From: Methanomicrobia archaeon
Lineage (GTDB): Archaea; Halobacteriota; Syntropharchaeia; Alkanophagales; Methanospirareceae
Length of the DNA stretch: 64,000 nt
Reading direction: 5' to 3'
NCBI GenBank assembly: GCA_016930255.1
Contig: JAFGHB010000005.1
Coordinates: forward strand, 6,942 to 70,941
Shown: piece after piece, positions 31,580-39,459 of the stretch
Layout: each line of letters begins with the position of its first letter
How positions within the stretch are numbered: position 1 is the stretch's first letter
Program-made: the position numbers and the translations under genes
The notes under the pieces: generated by a model
Databases searched by the model: none
Seen by the model: only the letters and a program-made list of their open reading frames with translations
What the model was told of the DNA's origin: nothing

Positions 31580-32614
31580 ATGGCAACAGAGAGTGAAGCT
31601 GAATGGGAAGTAAAGATCCCAGAGAAGAAGTTAAAAGATAGACTGTTCTTTGAGAACCTCAAGGCGACCGTGATAGACACGCAGATGTGCAGCCGGTGTT
31701 TGACCTGCGTCTCTATATGCCCGAGTAAGTTGATAGTAAACGAAGAGGACATCGTTGATTTCCCTGATTTCGAAGAGAAATGCCTTGACTGCGGTGCTTG
31801 CGTGCGCGTCTGTCCGCGATACGATTACAAGCCGAAGAGCGGCTTGGGCGATTACATTGAGTTCACGGCGGGGAAATCGAAGCGTTTCCAAGGCCAGGAC
31901 GGTGCGATGGCGACGGAATTCATCTTCTCCGCGATCGACATGGGCCTTATAGACCGTGGCATATTCGTTGACCGCGATGAACAGTGGCGAACGCACGTGT
32001 TCCACGTTCAGGCGAAGGAGCAGCTTGAGAAGCTGCCGTTGGGCGGCACGAAATACGTCTTTGCGGATGTTCTTCCGGAATTGAAGAAGGCCGTGATGTT
32101 AAGCAAGGTGGGCGTAGGTGTGGTTGGCACGCCCTGCATGGTCTCAGGGGTACGGAAACTACAGGAGGAGTTCCCCGTTTTCAAGGAGAAGGTGAAGCTC
32201 GTGGTGGGCTTGTTCTGCACCGAGAACTTCCATTATAATGAGGTCGCGAAATACCTTGAAGAGAAGGGTGTTGACTTCTCAAAGCTGGTCAAGACGGATA
32301 TCATGAAGGGTAAGTTCGTCGCGACCATGACGGATGACGAGGTAAAATTCAAGGTCAGTCAACTTTCGGATATACTGCCCAGTGGCTGCAATGTGTGTAC
32401 GGACTTCACCGCGGTGGAGAGCGACGTGAGCGTCGGCAGCGTCGGTAGTGCCCCGGGCTTCTCGACGACCGTGGTGAGAACCGAGGTGGCGAAGGAGGTC
32501 TGGGAGTACATCAAGAAGATGGGTAACGCCGAAGTCGGTGAGGGCAAAGTAGAGGAGCTCGATTATCTGATTGGCCATAAGAAGCAGCGGGAGAAGAATA
32601 TACCAGGACAGTAA
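31580..32614 (+). CDS. fqoF: F420H2-oxidising subunit F (FrhB/FpoF family)
   Basis: N-terminal 2x[4Fe-4S], QDGA, VGTPC, GLFCTENF, C..C.DFTA..SD.SVGSVGS. Confidence 0.9.
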   Translation: MATESEAEWEVKIPEKKLKDRLFFENLKATVIDTQMCSRCLTCVSICPSKLIVNEEDIVDFPDFEEKCLDCGACVRVCPRYDYKPKSGLGDYIEFTAGKSKRFQGQDGAMATEFIFSAIDMGLIDRGIFVDRDEQWRTHVFHVQAKEQLEKLPLGGTKYVFADVLPELKKAVMLSKVGVGVVGTPCMVSGVRKLQEEFPVFKEKVKLVVGLFCTENFHYNEVAKYLEEKGVDFSKLVKTDIMKGKFVATMTDDEVKFKVSQLSDILPSGCNVCTDFTAVESDVSVGSVGSAPGFSTTVVRTEVAKEVWEYIKKMGNAEVGEGKVEELDYLIGHKKQREKNIPGQ

Positions 32615-32666
32615 CCCGCGGATCCACGATTAGAGAATAATCGGGAGCTTTTACACCGCCTTTGTG

Positions 32667-33509
32667 TCAAACGCTGGTCTCCTCTTCTTTCAAATTGCGT
32701 ACTTCGCCGAGATATGTGCCGTCCAGCAGGTACGCTTCCATCGTTTCCGTGCGGAGCAGTTTCGAGGCTACGGGACCTAATAGCTCGCCTTTCGCAGCGT
32801 TGAATGCGACACCGCCACAGAGCTCGTTAAATGCCGGCATGATGGTCACCCACGGCGCGTTCTCTTTAGTCAGCTCCAGCTTCGGATAGTGCTCCTTTAC
32901 CGCCTCTGGATCGCACTGCACACGGATCCAGACGGGCTTCATGCTCGAATGCCGCGAAACGGAGCTTACCAGCCGTATCCGTGGATGATTGTGCCCGATC
33001 AGGATATACGGTGCGGTAAACAGTTCTGGTGCGGGCCAGGAATGCCCGTGTGTATAGCCGACGTTATCGAAGAGGAATCCTTTGGGGGTTTTGACGATTA
33101 TTTCGTGTCTGGGGCTCCAATCCGGCTCTGCAACTTCGAGCAGTATTCTGTCGATGTAGCCGTCGTGGTTCCCTTTCACGATGTAGACCGGCGCATACTC
33201 TGCGAGCTGCGCCACGAAGAACGGCACTTCCTTTCGATCGGAATAGAGAATTTGCGGCACCGCGTGTTTCACATCGCCGAGCAGAATGATCACGTCTGGC
33301 TTCGCGGCTTTCACGCACGTGAGCGCGCGTTTCAGCAATTTCTCCGTCTGGCTGCCGATGTTGATGCCCTTCTGCCGGAAGGTGGCTTCGATGCCTAAAT
33401 GGAGATCGGCAATCACCAGTGCTTTATGGTCGTTCTCGACGACGAGTGCGGGCTCATCGATCAACGGTTTGAGCGTTGGCGTGGTGGTGGTAGGGGTAGT
33501 AGCGGTCAT
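32667..33509 (-). CDS. metallophosphoesterase
   Basis: ADLHLG, GDVKH, GNHD, HGH, GHNHP. Confidence 0.9.
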   Translation of the reverse strand: MTATTPTTTTPTLKPLIDEPALVVENDHKALVIADLHLGIEATFRQKGINIGSQTEKLLKRALTCVKAAKPDVIILLGDVKHAVPQILYSDRKEVPFFVAQLAEYAPVYIVKGNHDGYIDRILLEVAEPDWSPRHEIIVKTPKGFLFDNVGYTHGHSWPAPELFTAPYILIGHNHPRIRLVSSVSRHSSMKPVWIRVQCDPEAVKEHYPKLELTKENAPWVTIMPAFNELCGGVAFNAAKGELLGPVASKLLRTETMEAYLLDGTYLGEVRNLKEEETSV

Positions 33510-33633
33510 CCTACTTGTAATTGTAACCTTGTATCTAAGAAAGAGTTTGAAAGGAACAGCGATTAAAAGTGAAAATGACTGGAGAGAAGTTTGATTTAAG
33601 TTCCTAGTGGTTATCTCTATCTATCTGTATGCA

Positions 33634-34764
33634 ATGAGAGTCTTAAAACGAAAGCTGAAGCCGAAGGAAACAGAAACCGGTGAGAGGAAACGTGTGGGTG
33701 AGCTTTCGCTCGTGCCGGAATCGCTGGACGATTTATGGCATCTCAAGCACGTGATCGAAGCGGGCGATCTCGTCTATTCGCTGACGTATAGGAGAATGGA
33801 GGAGGCAACGGATAAGGTACGACCGGATAAGGTGGATAAGAAGCCCGTACGGTTGGGTGTCCGAACGGACGCCGTGGAATTCCATAAATTCTCACGCAGG
33901 CTGCGAATAAAAGGCGTGATTGAAGAAGGCCCGGAGAGCGAGCTGGGCGCGTATCATACCTTTAATATTGAGCCTGATGTGAAGCTGTCCGTGGTGAAGG
34001 CGTGGAAAGAGCACCAGTTGAAACGGTTGCGGGAAGCGGAGAAGGCGGTTGCTACCACCGAGGTGCTCGTCGTTACGGTAGAAGAGGGCGAGGCCGTAGC
34101 CGGCATTGTGAGACAGTACGGTGTAGACGAGCTCTTCTCGTTACGGTACGGCAGTGGCAAAGGCATGGAGCACGCAGGTGGCGGCAGTGGCAAGAGTGAC
34201 TTTTTTGGCGAGTTGCTGAAGCACCTTCAAAACTCGATGCAAACGACGAAGGCGGACGCGCTCATCATTGCGGGCCCGGGCTTTATCAAGGACGATTTCT
34301 TCACGTTCCTGAAAGAACGAGATACCGAGTTAGCGAAGAAAACGCGAATCGAGCAGACTTCTTCGATTGGTGTTTCAGGGTTTCTGGAAGTCTTGAAACG
34401 CGGCGCGGTGGAGCGGCTGAAGCATGAGGAACGGTTGACGAAAGAGGTGACGCTCTTGGATCGGTTGATGGCAGAGATAAGCAAGGATGAAGGTGTGAAG
34501 GCGGTGTACGGCAAGGACGAGGTAAGAAAGGCGCTGGAGTACGGCGCCGTGGAAACGTTAATGGTAAGCGACGAGAAGCTCATGAAGTCGCGGATCGAAG
34601 GCGCAGAACAGGAGAAGGAAGCCGAAGAGATTGACAAAATGCTCGAAGAAGCTGAACGGAAACGGGGCGAGGTCGTGATCTTCAGCACCGAGTTCGAGCC
34701 CGGCAAGCGGCTCAATGCCCTGGGCGGGATTGCCGCGCTGTTGCGGTTCGGGATAATAAGGTAA
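33634..34764 (+). CDS. pelA: mRNA surveillance protein pelota (aDom34)
   Basis: PESLDDLWHL, RLRIKGVI, G.YHT, AGPGF.K, L..LGGIAALLRF. Confidence 0.95.
   Translation: MRVLKRKLKPKETETGERKRVGELSLVPESLDDLWHLKHVIEAGDLVYSLTYRRMEEATDKVRPDKVDKKPVRLGVRTDAVEFHKFSRRLRIKGVIEEGPESELGAYHTFNIEPDVKLSVVKAWKEHQLKRLREAEKAVATTEVLVVTVEEGEAVAGIVRQYGVDELFSLRYGSGKGMEHAGGGSGKSDFFGELLKHLQNSMQTTKADALIIAGPGFIKDDFFTFLKERDTELAKKTRIEQTSSIGVSGFLEVLKRGAVERLKHEERLTKEVTLLDRLMAEISKDEGVKAVYGKDEVRKALEYGAVETLMVSDEKLMKSRIEGAEQEKEAEEIDKMLEEAERKRGEVVIFSTEFEPGKRLNALGGIAALLRFGIIR
34675..34755 (+). repeat. direct repeat copy 1 (pelota 3' end)
   Basis: about 81 bp near-identical to 35518-35598. Confidence 0.9.
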
Positions 34765-35004
34765 CTCGCATCATTGCTTTCGATTTTGATTGGACTAGAT
34801 GGAAGGACGAGCACCCCAAAACGTTCTTCTTCGCTTAGAATTGTACGTGTACCGCTATATTACAAGGGCCACATCAGAAACTTCTTATTTCGCAAGACTA
34901 TGAAGCGATGGTAAAATGTCAAAAAAGTATAATAAGCTAAAATTGCTATAGATAAAAGTTTAGCTGAAAGATGTGCCATATTTTTAAGGGGGAATAGTCG
35001 GAAG

Positions 35005-35472
35005 ATGATATGGAAGCTGTTTAAACCAAATATTGAACGGCTGAAAGAAAAAGGGAACATTAATCGATTAATCAGGACACTCGGATACAATGATAGCGAG
35101 TTACGTAGAAGAGCAACTTTTGCTTTAGTACAGTTACTCGGTGAGGAAGATGTTGAGTCGCGTAAAAAGGTGATTCTTGCCATGGAAGAGACTATCACTC
35201 GTGTTGGAGATAAAGATCTAATTGACATCGTTCGACGAATTAAAAGTCAGATAATTGATGGAGAGAGTAATCGGTGCTTTTACTGCGGAAAGATAGTAAC
35301 TTACACCAACGGTAGACGTTGTAGTTTTTGTAAATTAATGGTCTGTGATGACCACACCCTACCCGAAACACATGGGTGTAGAGGGGAAAACAAACCGCCA
35401 GTGGGCATCGCCTATACTCAAGATGGAAAAGCACATGCACAAGAAGGGCGGCGTTACGGAAAGAGTTTTTAG
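35005..35472 (+). CDS. HEAT-like N-terminus plus AN1-type zinc finger protein
   Basis: CFYC...CSFC....CDDH.....HGC AN1 pattern; AT-rich. Confidence 0.75.
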   Translation: MIWKLFKPNIERLKEKGNINRLIRTLGYNDSELRRRATFALVQLLGEEDVESRKKVILAMEETITRVGDKDLIDIVRRIKSQIIDGESNRCFYCGKIVTYTNGRRCSFCKLMVCDDHTLPETHGCRGENKPPVGIAYTQDGKAHAQEGRRYGKSF

Positions 35473-35514
35473 CTGGCCATTGATAAACTTACATTCCAAA
35501 CAAATAAAGAAGAA

Positions 35515-35601
35515 ATGGTGATCTTTAGCACCGAGTTCGAGCCCGGCAAGCGGCTCAATGCGCTCGGCGGGATTGCTGCGCTGCTGCGGTTCGGGATATA
35601 A
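35515..35601 (+). pseudogene. duplicated pelota C-terminal fragment (direct repeat copy 2)
   Basis: encodes MVIFSTEFEPGKRLNALGGIAALLRFGI*; differences from pelota in the shared part are synonymous. Confidence 0.85.
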
Positions 35602-35796
35602 ACAGCTAGTGTCTGCCCACGCACGTCGCATATTATGTCGAGAAGCTCTAATTTGCATTCATTTGTTATTCATTCGTTCCTCTCTCCTTTCCTAATCGCC
35701 TCATTTTTGTCTTATTCTGGTAGGAACCCGTATAAACAATTCCCCGCCTAAATGAGGGATAATTTTATATTAAGGGAGCGCTAAGCTGTTTGTTGG

Positions 35797-37566
35797 ATGA
35801 CACTACGAAAGCGGACTCTGCTCATTGTAACCGTGACCCTCGCGGCGTTGATGGTGATTCTTTACGCCGTGGTGGGCGTCACCTTCATGAATAGCATGCT
35901 CGAACTCGAGGAACAGGATACACGCCAGAACGCCGAGAAAGTGCTGAACATCTTGGCCGATGAGTTCGTGGAATTGGACGCGACCACGTGGGATTGGGCT
36001 TCGTGGGACGACACGTATGCCTTTATTGAGGATGGCGATGAGGAGTATCTCAGCTCGAACCTCGTCGATGGAACGTTCATTACATTGCGAACCAATCTCA
36101 TGCTGTTCATCAACTCGTCCGGCCAGATCGTTTATGGCAAAGCGTTTGATCTAGAGAATGAGACCGAAGTTCCGCTTCCGGCTGGTATCCACGCGCATCT
36201 CGCTCCCGACTCGCCGCTTATGCAGCATGACGATGTCGAGAGCAACGTCACAGGGATTATTATGCTCCCTGAAGGTCCCCTGTTCGTTGCAGCCCGTCCT
36301 ATCCTGACCAGTGATGACGAAGGGCCGATCCGAGGCGTGTTGCTTATGGGACGCTACCTCGATGCCACGGAAATTGAGTATCTGGCTGAGATATCGCACT
36401 TGCCCCTCACCCTGCAGCTCTTAACGGACGAGCAGTTGCCGCCTGAGTTTCAGGCGGTGCAGAACTCCATGCCTGAAGACGAAGAATCGCCTGTTCTTGT
36501 CCAACCGCTGGACGAGCAGACCATTGCGGGCTACGTCCTCTTACGCGACATATACGGGACTCCCGCGTTTGCGTTGCGAGCGGATATGTCACGGGATATC
36601 TACGCGCATGGTCAAGCAGCCATGCGTTATTTCCTCGGGTTTATTCTGACTGTTGGGCTCGTGTTCAGCGTGCTGATTCTGGTGCTCTTAGAGGTCCTGG
36701 TCCTTTCGCCGTTGAGTCAACTCAGCAAGAGTGTCGAGGGGATTAGCGCACGCAGTGACCCGTCGGCACGTGTGCCGCAAGTAGGAAAGGACGAATTGGT
36801 GACGCTTTCGGATACGATCAATAGCATGCTGGCGTCGTTGGAGCAGTCGCAAACGGCACTCCGCGGGTCTGAAGAGCAGTATCGAATGAAGAACAGAGAG
36901 CTCGAACGGTTTACCTATACGGTCTCTCACGACCTGCGCTCACCGCTCGTTACCATCCAGGGCTTCGCCAATCTGCTCCAGAAGGATTTGAATGCGGAAA
37001 ACCGGGAGAAAGCGGTGGAAGATCTGCGGTATATCATAAAGGCCACGGACAAGATGGACACGCTTCTGACTGACACCCTGAAACTCTCCCGGATCGGTCG
37101 AAGCGCGAATCCGCCCGAGTATGTGCCGTTCGGCGCGATCGTGCAGGATGCCTTAGCGCAGACCGCTGGCGCACTACAGGCACATAACAGTGCGGTCTCG
37201 GTTGCCGACGATTTCCCTATTGTGCACATCGATCGGATGCGGATCGAGGAACTGCTGGTGAATCTGATCACGAACTGCATCAAATACCGGAACGAGCAGC
37301 AGCCGGAACCGAAGATAGAGATCGGCTATCGTCGGGGGGCTGGCGAGGAGATCGTCTTCTTCGTGAAAGATAACGGTATCGGCATAGCGGAGAGCGAGCA
37401 GGAGAAGGTCTTCGAGCTCTTTTACCAGGTGGATAAGGAGAACGAAGGGACGGGTGCGGGGTTAGCAATCGCGAAACGAATCGTCGAGGTGCACGGCGGT
37501 CGGATCTGGATTGAATCGGAGCCAGGAAACGGGTGCACGGTCTGTTTCACGCTGCCCGTGCAATAA
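35797..37566 (+). CDS. membrane sensor histidine kinase (CHASE4-HAMP-HisKA-HATPase)
   Basis: DWASWDDTY (CHASE4), SHDLRSPL H-box, NL.TN, DNG.G, G.G.GLAI. Confidence 0.92.
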   Translation: MTLRKRTLLIVTVTLAALMVILYAVVGVTFMNSMLELEEQDTRQNAEKVLNILADEFVELDATTWDWASWDDTYAFIEDGDEEYLSSNLVDGTFITLRTNLMLFINSSGQIVYGKAFDLENETEVPLPAGIHAHLAPDSPLMQHDDVESNVTGIIMLPEGPLFVAARPILTSDDEGPIRGVLLMGRYLDATEIEYLAEISHLPLTLQLLTDEQLPPEFQAVQNSMPEDEESPVLVQPLDEQTIAGYVLLRDIYGTPAFALRADMSRDIYAHGQAAMRYFLGFILTVGLVFSVLILVLLEVLVLSPLSQLSKSVEGISARSDPSARVPQVGKDELVTLSDTINSMLASLEQSQTALRGSEEQYRMKNRELERFTYTVSHDLRSPLVTIQGFANLLQKDLNAENREKAVEDLRYIIKATDKMDTLLTDTLKLSRIGRSANPPEYVPFGAIVQDALAQTAGALQAHNSAVSVADDFPIVHIDRMRIEELLVNLITNCIKYRNEQQPEPKIEIGYRRGAGEEIVFFVKDNGIGIAESEQEKVFELFYQVDKENEGTGAGLAIAKRIVEVHGGRIWIESEPGNGCTVCFTLPVQ

Positions 37567-37573
37567 ATTACTG

Positions 37574-37775
37574 TCATTCTGCTTGTTCTACTATTTTTAT
37601 TTCTTCCTCCGTCAATCCGTACAGCTCGTACACCAGCCGGTCAATCTGCACATCAACACTCTTTATCTGCCGTTCAAAAAGCTCTTTATCTCGCTCAATT
37701 CTCGCCTCGTGGTATTTCTTCTGGAGTTCGAGCATGTTCTCTACTAAGGAAACGAGTTTATCGTGCTGCGCTTTT
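37574..37775 (-). pseudogene. type IIG/Eco57I-like restriction-modification C-terminal remnant (copy A)
   Basis: QHDKLVSLVENMLELQKK...ERQIKSVDVQIDRLVYELYGLTEEEIKIVE* read on the minus strand. Confidence 0.8.
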
Positions 37776-37798
37776 TTGCGGTCTTATTTTTTGTAATT

Positions 37799-37915
37799 TC
37801 ACTTATTACCGTTTTTAGCTTTCTTAACCACGCTTTCCAGTACAGGATCCGGTTCTATCTCAACAGGTTCATTGGAACTTTTCGTTTCCGGCTTTTTCTC
37901 CTTTTCCTTCTCCAT
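37799..37915 (-). CDS. small 38-aa charged ORF
   Basis: MEKEKEKKPETKSSNEPVEIEPDPVLESVVKKAKNGNK; GGAGG upstream; follows the 153-aa gene. Confidence 0.45.
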   Translation of the reverse strand: MEKEKEKKPETKSSNEPVEIEPDPVLESVVKKAKNGNK

Positions 37916-37919
37916 TTTC

Positions 37920-38381
37920 TCAACCTCCTATAATACTTAAAATTAAACTGATCAGCCCTATGAACATTAAAACGAGGGAACAATTAATATATTCAGCTTT
38001 CTTCTCTATTTTATTTTTGTTATGCTCGAAGGACTGGATATAGTTATCGATGAGTTGCTTCCTTACCTTTTTACCGTTCTCTCTCAGGTATTTTTCAGTG
38101 AGTCCCCTCGGTTTTGGATCTTTTCTGTAGCCTTCGACTTTGTATGCTGAGAACGATAAGAAAATGGATATCATAAACAAAGTCATACTTGAGCCAAATA
38201 GATATGAATTGCTTTGCGAATATAACTGTAACGATATTCCGATTATCACGCCAACAAATCCAATAATGACACTTGCCTTTGTATCGAGACTGTCAATCGA
38301 CTGAAACTGCGTATTCAATGCATCTTTCACTTCGTTATAGATTAATTCAAGTGTTTCAGGGGGATAAGTATCTTCATTCAT
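37920..38381 (-). CDS. 3-TM membrane protein (Pycsar-effector-like topology)
   Basis: LDTKASVIIGF TM1, TM2, soluble helix, TM3; low GC. Confidence 0.7.
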   Translation of the reverse strand: MNEDTYPPETLELIYNEVKDALNTQFQSIDSLDTKASVIIGFVGVIIGISLQLYSQSNSYLFGSSMTLFMISIFLSFSAYKVEGYRKDPKPRGLTEKYLRENGKKVRKQLIDNYIQSFEHNKNKIEKKAEYINCSLVLMFIGLISLILSIIGG

Positions 38382-38597
38382 TTTAAGCCACCTTCCACCA
38401 CCTTTATCTCATTCTCCGTCAGCCCATACAGCTCGTAAACCAGTTTATCGATCTGCGCGTCAACGATTTTAATCTGCCGTTCAAAAAGCTCTTTATCTCT
38501 GTCCATCCTTGCCTCGTGATATTTCGTCAAGTATGTTCTCCACTAAAGAAACGAGTCCCTTAACCTTTATTTTGGTTTGCCCTTTTGTGTAGCTCAT
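38378..38597 (-). pseudogene. internally deleted type IIG R-M gene remnant (copy B)
   Basis: MSYTKGQTKIKVKGLVSLVENIL, then frameshifted KYHEARMDRDKELFERQIKIVDAQIDKLVYELYGLTENEIKVVE. Confidence 0.75.
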
Positions 38598-39017
38598 TCA
38601 CCCTATTTCAACCTTCATTTCTTGAATAACTTATAACTTTCGCATTATATCCATTTTTACACGCATACTCCTTTCTAACACCATCAAGAGGAGCAGGTGC
38701 ACGTAAGATGACTCACTCTGATTTTGAGATCATTTAAAGCTAAAATTTCTCTTAAAAACCTCTTTTCCCTAGTTGATGTTTTTCTGCGCCACCCAGATAT
38801 CGCAGACCACCCTGACATCTGTATCCCTTGTACTCAAGAACACTTCTTCGCATTCAACACCAACCAGCTTGCCCACTACCCGTACTCAAAACCCTTCGCT
38901 TCAAATATCCTCCCATTCCGGCTCTTTAATTTCGATCTACAGCCCGCAGCCGATAGACCATCGAAGCCTTCGCTTCGTAGTCCTTCTTCCTGTATGCAGC
39001 GATCTCTAATTACCTAC

Positions 39018-39164
39018 CTACGGTCCGGCAGGTATTTGAGCCAGTGGAAGTTGCTCACCGAAATATCCCGCGTTCGCTGCGACGAAGGTGATTACCACAA
39101 TAATCACAGCGATGACTACCAAGAGCCGGAACAATGGGTTGTCATAAATTGACCCTTCCGCCAT
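39018..39164 (-). CDS. unannotated 48-aa single-TM protein
   Basis: MAEGSIYDNPLFRLLVVIAVIIVVITFVAANAGYFGEQLPLAQIPAGP; purine-rich leader and BRE/TATA at about 39243-39257. Confidence 0.6.
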   Translation of the reverse strand: MAEGSIYDNPLFRLLVVIAVIIVVITFVAANAGYFGEQLPLAQIPAGP

Positions 39165-39459
39165 GTTCGCAATTACCCCCTCTCCTCTCCTCTTCTCACC
39201 TTAGTTCAGTTCTCGAGCAGTAGAAGTTGATTGTTTGTAAGCATATAAAAAGTTTTCTGTATTTTTACCTATAGGAATAGCTATTGTTTACTGCCATGTG
39301 TTTATAGTATACCCTACGTAGCGGAAGAAGTAGAAACTCGAAGCGGCTGGCTGTGAAGAACAAATGAACGAACGAAAAACGTGTGCGGAAGAAAGGGAGA
39401 AATGGAAATAAAAAAGAAAAAAAGAAAAAAGAGAACTCAGTGGGTTGCGTTTAGTTAAA

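Noticed and set aside
34675..35601. Pelota repeat as a DGR template/variable repeat pair
   Set aside because: Differences are synonymous and not adenine-specific, and there is no reverse transcriptase in the window.
38724..39152. Plus-strand 142-aa and 78-aa ORFs
   Set aside because: No protein-like features; they overlap a better-supported minus-strand small ORF.
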